Below, one piece after another: positions 46,076-55,269 of a stretch of 64,000 nt of DNA. The stretch's first letter is position 1. Every line of letters begins with the position of its first letter. The notes under the pieces are model-generated. The model did not search any database and was not told the DNA's origin. It was given only the letters and a program-made list of their open reading frames with translations. The position numbers were made by a program, and so were the translations under genes. Origin of the DNA: Paludibacteraceae bacterium (GTDB lineage: Bacteria; Bacteroidota; Bacteroidia; Bacteroidales; Paludibacteraceae); contig JAKSOA010000010.1 of the NCBI GenBank assembly GCA_024405875.1, positions 3,295-67,294 on the forward strand. The letters run 5' to 3'.

Positions 46076-46833
46076 TAGAGGTAAGGAATGTAACAAAATC
46101 CTTCGGGGATTTGACGGTGCTGCATAATATATCAGCACTTTTTGAGGCAGGAAAGACAAACCTCATAATAGGTCAGAGCGGCTCTGGTAAGACTGTTCTT
46201 ATGAAGAGTGTCATAGGTATCCATCAGGTAGATGAGGGACAGATTCTCTATGACGGCAGAGATATTGCCAAGATGACAAAAAAAGAGGTCGCCATTCTAC
46301 GCCGTGAGGTAGGAATGCTTTTTCAGGGTTCAGCCCTTTTTGACTCAATGACAGTTGAGGAGAATGTCCGTTTTCCGCTTGAGATGTTCTCAGATAAGAG
46401 TAAGGAGGAGTGGGATGAGCGGGTTAACTTCTGTCTTAACCGTGTGGGACTGAGCCACGCCGCAAAACTTTTCCCGTCAGAGATAAGCGGAGGTATGCAG
46501 AAGCGTGCCGCCATTGCCCGTGCCATTGTGCTAGAACCCACGTATCTTTTCTGTGATGAGCCTAACTCAGGTCTTGACCCTAAGACATCACTTACGATAG
46601 ACCAACTTATTCACGAAATCACAGTTGAGAACAACATAACAACAATTGTTAACACCCACGATATGAACTCAGTTATGGAGATAGGAGACAAGGTTATCTT
46701 CATACATAAAGGTTACAAAGGCTGGGAGGGAGACAAGGACTCTATCTTTGAATCAGGCAACCAAGACCTTGAAGACCTTGTGTTCGCATCAAACCTATAC
46801 AAGAAAGTTAAGAAGTACCATAACCTCAAATAA
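46072..46833 (+). CDS. mlaF: ABC transporter ATP-binding protein (MlaF-like)
   Basis: 253 aa with Walker A (GQSGSGKT), the ABC signature (ISGGMQKR) and Walker B (LFCDEP). Confidence 0.9.
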   Translation: MIEVRNVTKSFGDLTVLHNISALFEAGKTNLIIGQSGSGKTVLMKSVIGIHQVDEGQILYDGRDIAKMTKKEVAILRREVGMLFQGSALFDSMTVEENVRFPLEMFSDKSKEEWDERVNFCLNRVGLSHAAKLFPSEISGGMQKRAAIARAIVLEPTYLFCDEPNSGLDPKTSLTIDQLIHEITVENNITTIVNTHDMNSVMEIGDKVIFIHKGYKGWEGDKDSIFESGNQDLEDLVFASNLYKKVKKYHNLK

Positions 46834-46834
46834 T

Positions 46835-47110
46835 ATGTCTTTCCTATTTAAACTCCGCAAGCCTCGCAAATATAATGTAAAGTACCGCTACTATGATGAG
46901 CAGAAGGAGCGTTTGCGTGAGTCAGAGGCTCGTGTCCGTAAGAAGTTGGGTTTGGAGACAGATGACAATGAGCCACGCATACTTCGTCCGGGTGTTTTCA
47001 GAGATAGCGTTGAGGCTTCCCGTGATGAGAAGAGCCGTAATATGAAGTTGGGAATAATAATAGGTCTTCTTTTAATTTTCGCCTACGTTTTTATCCACTA
47101 TGCCGGATAA
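46835..47110 (+). CDS. Small tail-anchored hypothetical protein
   Basis: 91 aa from the ATG at 46835. It has a basic N-terminal region and a single C-terminal TM helix (LGIIIGLLLIFAYVFI). The track's longer start overlaps mlaF. Confidence 0.5.
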   Translation: MSFLFKLRKPRKYNVKYRYYDEQKERLRESEARVRKKLGLETDDNEPRILRPGVFRDSVEASRDEKSRNMKLGIIIGLLLIFAYVFIHYAG

Positions 47111-48908
47111 TCAGAACATAATACACACCCTCTCATCAGCAACAATCAACCAGATTGCCGCAGGTGAGGTCGTCCAGCGTCCTTCGTCAGTTGTCAAGGA
47201 GTTGATGGAGAACGCCATAGATGCCGGAGCCACCAGGATTGATGTAATAATCCAGGATGCGGGACGCACCCTTATTCAGGTTATTGATAACGGTAAGGGT
47301 ATGAGCCCCGATGACTCAGTGAAGGCGTTTGAGCGTCACGCCACATCAAAAATAAGTGATGCCGAAGACCTTTTCGCCCTCACAACTATGGGATTCCGTG
47401 GAGAGGCTCTCGCCTCCATTGCGGCTGTGAGCAGAGTGGAGTTAAAGACCCGCCGTCAAGCCGATGAACTTGGAAGTCGGGTTGAGATTAACGGCGGGGA
47501 ACTTGCCCTTCAGGAGATGATAAATTGTCAGGCTGGAACGCAGATTTTAGTAAAGGACCTTTTCTACAATATACCTGTACGCCGTAAGTTCCTGAAAAAG
47601 AATGAGACAGAACTACGTAACATACTGAACATATTTGAGCAGATAGCATTGGTATATCCGGGCATTTGCCTCACGCTGACAAATAACGGCAGTACTATCT
47701 TTAATTTGGGTAAAGAGAACTACCGTCAGCGCATAGCCTCTGTTTGTGGTGACAAAACAGGCAAGGAGTTGCTCACCATTGATGTTGATACCGTTCTTGC
47801 TCATATAAGCGGCTTTATATCAACACCAGACACAACTGTGAAAAAGAGTCCGTCACAATATTTCTTTGTCAACGGACGCTATATTCAGCATCCATATTTC
47901 GCAAAAGCGGTTTTATTGGGTTATGAACGGCTCATACCCGCTGACTGCAAGCCGCAGTTCTTCATCTACTTTGATGTGGAGCCTGATAAGATAGATGTGA
48001 ATATCCACCCCACAAAAACAGAGGTCAAGTTTGAAGATGAGCAGTCACTCTTCCCGATAATAGTATCCGCCGTAAAGGAGGCATTAGCCTCATCTTGCTC
48101 AATGCCGGGTCTTATGTTTGATCAGGAGGACAGAATTGAGATACCTGTGGCACCAGTTGATTTCAGCGGTCTTAAGACACCACCCGTAACAGGGAATACA
48201 AATTATAACCCGTTCAGTTCCCACTCTTCAGCATCATCACACGCAGCCAAGCCTGTTACAGGCTGGGAACGCCTGTATGACGGCACCTCAAAAGAAGAAG
48301 AGATTTTAAAGAGTTCAGATAGACTTGCAGGATATGAGATAGTGGACTCTGTCAAGCCTCTGTTCAGAGGTTTTGTCTATAACGGAAAATATATAGTCTG
48401 CTCGTCAGACAAAGGGGTGCTGCTTGTAAATAGTTACCGTGCCTCACTTAGAATAGCGTATGACCGTCTCTCAAAGATGATTGAGTCAGGGCATAGTGAG
48501 GGGCAGATGTTGCTTTTCCCTGAGATACTGGAACTTACCGCTACAGAGAATGTCACATTTCGTGAAAATAAATCGCTTTTTGAGAGCGTTGGTTATGGAT
48601 TTGAGGAGTTTGGCCACACTGCGTATAAACTTACCTCAATTCCATCATCTCTTGCCGGTGATTACATAAATTCAATAAAGGAACTTCTTTCTGACCCCGA
48701 TGTCTGCAATGTCAGGGAGAGTTTCAGGGAGAGAATGCTAATGTCGCTTGCAAAAAAATCCACCCGTCAAAGTGATGTGAGTGGCTCGGAAGAGGCGGAG
48801 AAGATTATAAGTGAACTGTTCAAGAGTAGGACCCCATCGGTAACGCCACAGGGTCTGCCTATATTCTTTGAATTGGACTCTGATTTCATTAAAAACAAAA
48901 TAGGCTAA
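47100..48908 (+). CDS. mutL: DNA mismatch repair endonuclease MutL
   Basis: 602 aa with the GHKL ATPase N-terminus (INQIAAGEVVQRPSSVVKELMENAIDAGA) and a C-terminal dimerisation domain. Confidence 0.95.
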   Translation: MPDNQNIIHTLSSATINQIAAGEVVQRPSSVVKELMENAIDAGATRIDVIIQDAGRTLIQVIDNGKGMSPDDSVKAFERHATSKISDAEDLFALTTMGFRGEALASIAAVSRVELKTRRQADELGSRVEINGGELALQEMINCQAGTQILVKDLFYNIPVRRKFLKKNETELRNILNIFEQIALVYPGICLTLTNNGSTIFNLGKENYRQRIASVCGDKTGKELLTIDVDTVLAHISGFISTPDTTVKKSPSQYFFVNGRYIQHPYFAKAVLLGYERLIPADCKPQFFIYFDVEPDKIDVNIHPTKTEVKFEDEQSLFPIIVSAVKEALASSCSMPGLMFDQEDRIEIPVAPVDFSGLKTPPVTGNTNYNPFSSHSSASSHAAKPVTGWERLYDGTSKEEEILKSSDRLAGYEIVDSVKPLFRGFVYNGKYIVCSSDKGVLLVNSYRASLRIAYDRLSKMIESGHSEGQMLLFPEILELTATENVTFRENKSLFESVGYGFEEFGHTAYKLTSIPSSLAGDYINSIKELLSDPDVCNVRESFRERMLMSLAKKSTRQSDVSGSEEAEKIISELFKSRTPSVTPQGLPIFFELDSDFIKNKIG

Positions 48909-50071
48909 TGAGGAAATTTTACATTATTTGTTTATTCATAGCGTGTTATGCATTTGCATTTGCGGCTGACTCACTTTCAACGGTTACTCCGGATACATTT
49001 CTTCCGCCACAGCCAAAGAGTGCCAAGGATTCAAAGGTGAAACTGCTCTATAATGTTGACTTCCTCTTCTTTTTTGATAACCGTGAATATGACCGTTCCC
49101 CATATCAGCGCTCCCAAACACTTTTTGGAGCACGTTTGTCACCGGAGATAGGCGTAGGTATAATGGATAGCGTTGCCGGTAATCACCGCCTGATGGCTGG
49201 CTGTTCATATATTCAGCCCATCGGAGCGAACTATAAGGACGCAAAGGTGCTGCCTACAATCTACTATCAATTCCGCAAGAGAGGATTCGGTGTGCATTTA
49301 GGACTTCTGCCATTTACCAAAATGATAGAGGAGATGCCTGACTACCTGATGTATGACTCCATAACATATTTTCATCCAAACATACAAGGTGCCCTTTTCA
49401 ACTATCAGGACAGGCGTGGTTTTGTGGAGATAATGGCCGATTGGAGAGGAATGTGGTCAGCGACAACCCGTGAGGCATTCCGTGTCACACTTAACGGACG
49501 CTATAATTACAAATGGTTCTTTGTTGGCGGACGTGCAATGATGAACCACCTTGCCTGCTACGCACCAGAGACAGCAGCACCATCGGTAGGGGTATGTGAT
49601 GACCTTCTCGGCAGCGTCTATTTTGGATTTGATTTAGGGAAACGTACAGGAGTCACACCTCTTGACTCATTTGCCATAAGGGCTAATTATATTATCGCGT
49701 ATGAGAATGACAGAGAGGCGGCGAAACGCTCAATACCACAGGGTGGACTATTTGAAATCTTTCTAAGGTGGAAGTGGATAGGGTTCCGTAATGTCACATA
49801 TTATGGTCAGCCTCAGATGCCGTTGTATCCGGACTACCATTCACTTCTGAATCAAGGAGACCCATTCTATCAGGCTAAGTTCTACAACCGCTCTGACATA
49901 TTCTTCTACATATACAATAACAGTTTTGTGAACATTCTTGCCTCTGCTAACTTCCACGTCGCAGACGGAACTTTTACCACACAGCAACAGATTGTAGCAC
50001 AATTCTCCCTTGACGGTGTATGGGGATTCCGTCACAACTCAAAGAAATTAAGGTCAGTATTAGGAAAGTAA
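48908..50071 (+). CDS. Hypothetical secreted, probably outer-membrane beta-barrel, protein
   Basis: 387 aa with a signal peptide (ACYAFAFA). The sequence is aromatic-rich with an alternating pattern. Its ATG overlaps the mutL stop (TAATG). Confidence 0.5.
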   Translation: MRKFYIICLFIACYAFAFAADSLSTVTPDTFLPPQPKSAKDSKVKLLYNVDFLFFFDNREYDRSPYQRSQTLFGARLSPEIGVGIMDSVAGNHRLMAGCSYIQPIGANYKDAKVLPTIYYQFRKRGFGVHLGLLPFTKMIEEMPDYLMYDSITYFHPNIQGALFNYQDRRGFVEIMADWRGMWSATTREAFRVTLNGRYNYKWFFVGGRAMMNHLACYAPETAAPSVGVCDDLLGSVYFGFDLGKRTGVTPLDSFAIRANYIIAYENDREAAKRSIPQGGLFEIFLRWKWIGFRNVTYYGQPQMPLYPDYHSLLNQGDPFYQAKFYNRSDIFFYIYNNSFVNILASANFHVADGTFTTQQQIVAQFSLDGVWGFRHNSKKLRSVLGK

Positions 50072-50241
50072 AAAACCGCACCGCTATTATGATCCAAACT
50101 TGAAAAAGAAAGGATTTGGGGTCCGGACTATCTTTGTAATCCGCCCGAATACCTTGCGGTATAGCGGCACGCCATTGAAACACCCGGATTACCCGTTTTA
50201 ATAATTGATTGTAAAGTTTGCCGAAATAAGCGATGCGGTCT

Positions 50242-50408
50242 AAGGATATATCTATGGCATTTTCGTGTGTTATTTTTGTTTATTAATGGTTTGTTTTTAG
50301 TTCTTCCTCAGTCATTTAGCCCGCACTAAACTCCTTCGTCATAACATAAAAACACCCTCATTACTAAATCACAAATACCTTACACTCAAATACTATAGAT
50401 ATATCCTT
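50242..50408. repeat. Segment bounded by a perfect 14-bp inverted repeat (AAGGATATATCTAT / ATAGATATATCCTT); MITE-like or invertible-segment-like
   Basis: The arms are at 50242-50255 and 50395-50408, separated by 139 bp of non-coding AT-rich sequence. Confidence 0.6.
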
Positions 50409-50449
50409 TAAATAATCCTCGCTGATAATTATGCCGTATTAATATAAGA

Positions 50450-51940
50450 TTAATACAGCAGTTCCAAAGAGCGTTTTGTTACTCCATCGGAGTATCTTAC
50501 TACAAAGATATACAATCCTTCTAAATTTACAACTTTATCTGATGTTAAATTTTCAACGGGCGTTCCATCTGTTGCGTGAATTGTTATCTCAGATGCGGTG
50601 TTCCATACCTCAGCGTTGATTTTGCCGTTTATGACAGGATTCTCATACACTCTCTCCGCTTCCTCTGATTCAGTGGGCTTACCCACATTTTGTGTATAGG
50701 CCTTAAGGCAAAGGTTCATATCTGTGAAGGGTTCGTCAACGCCTACACGATACTCCATTTCAGGGTTGTCATTGAATTGAATTATTTGTTGTGGCTCATC
50801 GGAGATTATGAAATCAGGTTTGTTGTAGCCATCTATCTCAAACTCAATCGGAATGAAATCAGGGTAATCCGCCGCTATGATGAACTGTCCGTCCACCACA
50901 GGTTCCTCATCTATTTTGGCTGTGAAGTATCCTGCGTACGGGCAGGTTATCTGTTTGGAATAGACATCGGCTCCAATCATAACGTAGAGAGTCAGCGTAC
51001 ACGGTCTGATTACGTATGTGCCTACATATTTGACTTTCTGCTTCTCTTTTGCCGTGAAATAAGACATAGCGGAGACCTTCTTTATAGTCGCTTGTTCTAA
51101 ATAATCATACCAACCTGTCATACCGGTCTTGTCATAATAGTATGCTGTGTCTATCTCAGTTGTCTCAACTCTGTTTTGGAAAGAGAAACACTCTGACATT
51201 ACCTTAGTGTCATTGTATGATATTTTCAAAAAGCCGTTGTCAAACCTGCTTGTACCGCTCCAATTGAATTTCGCTATGAAAACCTGCTCTTCATCATCCC
51301 AACCCACCAGAGATATTCCGTGGTTTGCCGGTTCATCACCCGTGTAGAGGTAGGTGTTTGTTGATTTGTCATAATACTTGGATTCATAATACATTGCCGC
51401 CGTTACAGCACCATACTCATAGATACACTGTTTTATAGCGGTTATTTCTCCTGACGGGAGGGAGTATGAACTAAGAAAATAGGCCGCAAAATCATCACGG
51501 TTGTATTCAGGACAATCAGAATCATTAGCCGCAAACGGAATATTATCCTCAAGTGCCTGCCCGTCAAGCCTTGCTAGAAGCGCCGCCGCAATATTGGAAT
51601 TGCCACCTTGCGTTTTCGTCCACAGAAAGCCATCGTGGCAGTTGGTTAGAAGTTGCGGAGCGTGGTAAATATTCTCCTTGCCGTTTTTTATGGAATATGC
51701 CTCGGTTGCGTCACAAGTGGCGAATGCCCAGCAGGGACCGCCAATTACCTGATTACGAGGTGTTGTTATATATCCATAGTCACGGGAGTCATACTTGGCT
51801 GGCAGCAACTCTGTCTTCTGATGCCCTGCGGTGTAGTTGTGCGTATTGAATGGTGCGGGTTTATATCCGCCCTCAATATTCTGAGCTGCTGATGGCAACA
51901 CACTTAAAACTGTCAATATGATAATGTATGGAGTCTTCAT
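50450..51940 (-). CDS. Secreted C1 (papain-like) cysteine peptidase with probable T9SS C-terminal domain
   Basis: 496 aa with a signal peptide, a catalytic Cys context (GGPCWAFA), and a His context (ANHGISLVGWD). The C-terminal beta-rich tail (GLYIFVVRYSDGVTKRSLELLY) resembles a T9SS sorting domain. Confidence 0.75.
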   Translation of the reverse strand: MKTPYIIILTVLSVLPSAAQNIEGGYKPAPFNTHNYTAGHQKTELLPAKYDSRDYGYITTPRNQVIGGPCWAFATCDATEAYSIKNGKENIYHAPQLLTNCHDGFLWTKTQGGNSNIAAALLARLDGQALEDNIPFAANDSDCPEYNRDDFAAYFLSSYSLPSGEITAIKQCIYEYGAVTAAMYYESKYYDKSTNTYLYTGDEPANHGISLVGWDDEEQVFIAKFNWSGTSRFDNGFLKISYNDTKVMSECFSFQNRVETTEIDTAYYYDKTGMTGWYDYLEQATIKKVSAMSYFTAKEKQKVKYVGTYVIRPCTLTLYVMIGADVYSKQITCPYAGYFTAKIDEEPVVDGQFIIAADYPDFIPIEFEIDGYNKPDFIISDEPQQIIQFNDNPEMEYRVGVDEPFTDMNLCLKAYTQNVGKPTESEEAERVYENPVINGKINAEVWNTASEITIHATDGTPVENLTSDKVVNLEGLYIFVVRYSDGVTKRSLELLY

Positions 51941-54045
51941 TTGTTTTTTTGTTTTTTAAGTTCGGGGTATGCAATCCTTGTGTGGTAAATGTTCCGTAGT
52001 TTCTCCTTCAGAATCTCCTTTATTTGCTCTATCTGTTTGAGTTGTATAGGTGTGTTGTCAAGAGAGTGCTCCGTAACCATTGTGTTTACAATTTTCTCCA
52101 CGAGTGAGTTAATGGAGTCATCAGTATACTCTGTAAGACTTCTTGAAGATGCCTCAATGGCGTCACATATCATTACTATACCCTCTTCCATAGTGCTTGG
52201 GTTAGGTCCGTGATATGAGAATCCGGAAGTGTCAATATCTTTGTCCGGATTGGCGTTGGCATAGACCGTATAGAAGTATCTGACAATATTCTTGCCGTGA
52301 TGTGACTGGATAATGTCAATGATACATTGTGGCAGGTGGTTCTCTTTGGCAAGTTCAACACCATTTTTCACGTGCTCAATTATGATGGCGGCACTCTCTT
52401 GCGGTGTGAGTTGTGAGTGAGGCGTGTTTCCTCCGTGTTGGTTCTCTGTGAAGAAGGCGGAGTTTTTTGTCTTCCCGATATCGTGGTAGAGAGCCCCTGT
52501 GCGTGCAAGCAATGAGTTTGCTCCAAGTTCCATAGCAATATCTCCTGACAGGTTGGCAACCTGAAGAACGTGTTGGAATGTGCCGGGAGCCTCTTCTGAA
52601 AGAGTCCTGAGAAGAGGGTGGTTTGTGTTTGAAAGTTCAAGCAAAGTCACGTTTGAGGTGTATCCGAACGTTTTTTCAATAACAAAAATGAACGGATATG
52701 CGAACAGAAGCAATATGCCGTTGATGGTGAACCAGAGGTACATCCAAATGTCAATGACAAGTATGTCTCCCTCAAGAATCAGTCCGTATGCGGTGTACAT
52801 CAGGCAATATGTAAGGAATACAGCCACGGCGCACTTGATTAACTGTGACCTCTCCACCACATCTTTTGACATAAATATTGCCATCATACCTACAGGTAAC
52901 TGCAGAATAACGAATTCCAATGGGACTGAAACCATCAGTGATGCCAGCAGAATAGTTGTTATATGAGCGAAAAGCGCTGTCCGGGTGTCATAGAAGGTGC
53001 TCATAATCATAGGCACCAAAGCAAATGGAATTATATATACGAACTCAGGATCAGCATATTGGGCTATGAGAGACGTTGCAACGAAATATAGAGTAATCAG
53101 GCTTAATGAGAGGGCGAAGTATCTCTTGCTAATGTAGAATCTCTTTCTGAATATTGCCGTATAGGCGAAGAAGAAACCAATCAGGCAACTTGTCAGAAGT
53201 ATTCTGCCTACTAGTATGCTCAAATGCTGCTCGTTGGTGGTTATACTCTTGTTGAGAGACTCCTGTTTAATTGAATTAAGAATCTTATATTTTTCCTCAG
53301 TCACTATCTCTCCTCGGTCAATAATCCTCTCTCCTCTTTGAACCATTCCCTGTGTTGCTGAGACATTCTTGTACTCTTCACTTAAAACCTTCTCTGTAAT
53401 CTCCTCATTATATATGAGATTAGGTTTCAAGTAACCGTCAATACGTAGTTGTCTCAACCACTCCTTTTCTATTTTTGTCGGAGCCTTGCTATATATGGCT
53501 GACTTTGCGGTATGTACGGAGTACAGAGAGTTTTTGTCACACTTTCTTCCCATATTGTTGGCACTGAGAATGACAATATGGTCACTTGTGCTGTTTTGTG
53601 TGGACTCATAATCATTGTCATCTATAAGACCAGTCTCATATATTTTGTCAAGAATTTGTTTGAGATAAGATATGTAATCTTCGTGATGTCTGATAAAAGA
53701 GAGGGACTCCGGGGTCTTTATTGAGGCTTCCTGCTCTTCTTTGTACAGACGGTTTACATCAGCCTTCATTATCCTGACAGCCTCATCTTTGGTGCTCTCC
53801 GCCAAATTGAAATAGTACACTTTAGCATTGAGAACATCCTCTCTCTCATTCCTGAATTCAGTTCGGTCTTTGTAAATAGGACAGTCAAAATCTGCTGTCA
53901 GAAGGTCATACTGCCAGGGCTTTCCAAGCTCAAACTGGTATTGATACTGTGCCTCATTAGGGCAGAAGAGTACAATTATCGCCACAGAGGCTATGAAAAA
54001 CAGAATGCGTAGTACTGCGTCAAAAATCTTTTTTTTCTTTGCCAT
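51937..54045 (-). CDS. 7TM receptor with intracellular HD/HDIG phosphohydrolase domain (PgpH-like)
   Basis: 702 aa with an extracellular N-domain, a 7TM block, and a C-terminal HDIG domain (LYHDIGK, QSHHGK). Confidence 0.85.
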   Translation of the reverse strand: MAKKKKIFDAVLRILFFIASVAIIVLFCPNEAQYQYQFELGKPWQYDLLTADFDCPIYKDRTEFRNEREDVLNAKVYYFNLAESTKDEAVRIMKADVNRLYKEEQEASIKTPESLSFIRHHEDYISYLKQILDKIYETGLIDDNDYESTQNSTSDHIVILSANNMGRKCDKNSLYSVHTAKSAIYSKAPTKIEKEWLRQLRIDGYLKPNLIYNEEITEKVLSEEYKNVSATQGMVQRGERIIDRGEIVTEEKYKILNSIKQESLNKSITTNEQHLSILVGRILLTSCLIGFFFAYTAIFRKRFYISKRYFALSLSLITLYFVATSLIAQYADPEFVYIIPFALVPMIMSTFYDTRTALFAHITTILLASLMVSVPLEFVILQLPVGMMAIFMSKDVVERSQLIKCAVAVFLTYCLMYTAYGLILEGDILVIDIWMYLWFTINGILLLFAYPFIFVIEKTFGYTSNVTLLELSNTNHPLLRTLSEEAPGTFQHVLQVANLSGDIAMELGANSLLARTGALYHDIGKTKNSAFFTENQHGGNTPHSQLTPQESAAIIIEHVKNGVELAKENHLPQCIIDIIQSHHGKNIVRYFYTVYANANPDKDIDTSGFSYHGPNPSTMEEGIVMICDAIEASSRSLTEYTDDSINSLVEKIVNTMVTEHSLDNTPIQLKQIEQIKEILKEKLRNIYHTRIAYPELKKQKNK

Positions 54046-54185
54046 ATATTATATATAGGTGTATGTTAAACAGCATTGAGGTGTAAAGATACTATTATTT
54101 TTACTTTTGGGACCTGTTACATAAAATTTTTACATCGATGTAAAGAAAAAACATAAAAAAGTTTTGGCAGATGAAAAACTTTGTG

Positions 54186-54193
54186 TACCTTTG
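54186..54193 (+). promoter_or_regulatory. TAccTTTG -7 box for the str operon (rpsL)
   Basis: GTACCTTTGCAACCCC is the classic Bacteroides-type promoter context. It lies 66 nt before the rpsL ATG. Confidence 0.6.
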
Positions 54194-54258
54194 CAACCCC
54201 AAAAGTATAATTGGGTGTAAAAGGAAATTAATCAACAAATTACAATAAATAACAAACA

Positions 54259-54648
54259 ATGCCTACTATTCAACAATTAGTAAGAAAAGGGAGAACGGTG
54301 CTGACAGACAAGAGCAAAGCTCCTGCTTTGGATTCCTGTCCGCAACGTCGTGGTGTTTGTGTACGTGTTTACACAACCACTCCTAAAAAGCCTAACTCAG
54401 CTTTACGTAAAGTGGCTCGTGTTCGTTTGACAAACCAGAAAGAGGTTAACTCTTACATTCCTGGTGAAGGTCACAACTTGCAGGAACACTCAATAGTTAT
54501 GATTCGTGGAGGACGTGTTAAAGACCTTCCAGGTGTACGTTATCACATTGTACGTGGTACACTTGATACGGCTGGTGTGAACGGTCGTCTTCAGCGTCGT
54601 TCAAAGTACGGAGCAAAGCGTCCTAAAGCAGGAGCGGCAAAAAAATAA
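54259..54648 (+). CDS. rpsL: 30S ribosomal protein S12
   Basis: [12 protein letters not shown]... Unmistakable S12. Confidence 0.98.
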   Translation: MPTIQQLVRKGRTVLTDKSKAPALDSCPQRRGVCVRVYTTTPKKPNSALRKVARVRLTNQKEVNSYIPGEGHNLQEHSIVMIRGGRVKDLPGVRYHIVRGTLDTAGVNGRLQRRSKYGAKRPKAGAAKK

Positions 54649-54651
54649 GAG

Positions 54652-54665
54652 ATTAACAATTAACA
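54652..54665 (+). repeat. Two tandem heptamers ATTAACA ATTAACA just after the rpsL stop
   Basis: Read directly. With only two units, this is weak as an array. Confidence 0.4.
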
Positions 54666-54780
54666 GTTTTTAATACTGTTTTGTTTCTTGGAAATCATTA
54701 AGGTTGAGTAAATTGGTTCAACGGAACCTTTTGAAGACAATATGGCAACCAAAAAATAAAACGGATAATTTATTACTAAG

Positions 54781-55257
54781 ATGAGAAAAGCGACACCTAA
54801 AAAGAGGATCATCCTTCCAGATCCTAAGTTCGGTGAGGTTATGGTTACAAAGTTTGTAAACCACCTGATGTATGAGAGTAAGAAATCAACCGCGTTCACT
54901 ATTTTCTACGAAGCTCTTGAGGGCGTTAAAGCGAAAATGCCTAATGAAGATAAGAGTGCGTTGGAAATTTGGAAAAAAGCCCTGGAAAACATCACTCCGC
55001 AAGTAGAGGTTAAGTCACGCCGTATAGGCGGTGCCACATTCCAGGTTCCAACAGAGATTCGTCCAGACAGGAAAGAATCCATTTCAATGAAAAATATGAT
55101 CTTGTTCTCTAGAAAAAGAGGTGGCAAGACTATGGCTGACAAACTTGCGGCGGAGATTGTTGACGCATTCAATATGCAAGGTGCGGCATTCAAACGTAAG
55201 GAGGATATGCACCGTATGGCTGAGGCTAACCGTGCATTCGCACATTTCCGTTTCTAA
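54781..55257 (+). CDS. rpsG: 30S ribosomal protein S7
   Basis: 158 aa with S7 sequence, in str operon order. Confidence 0.98.
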   Translation: MRKATPKKRIILPDPKFGEVMVTKFVNHLMYESKKSTAFTIFYEALEGVKAKMPNEDKSALEIWKKALENITPQVEVKSRRIGGATFQVPTEIRPDRKESISMKNMILFSRKRGGKTMADKLAAEIVDAFNMQGAAFKRKEDMHRMAEANRAFAHFRF

Positions 55258-55269
55258 TATTTACAGACA

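Noticed and set aside
50072-50449. The long convergent intergenic gap, screened for tRNA, tmRNA or other known RNA genes
   Set aside because: I found no cloverleaf-compatible arms, T-loop GTTCRANYC consensus or CCA-adjacent acceptor stem. Only the hairpins and the inverted repeat reported as findings were seen.
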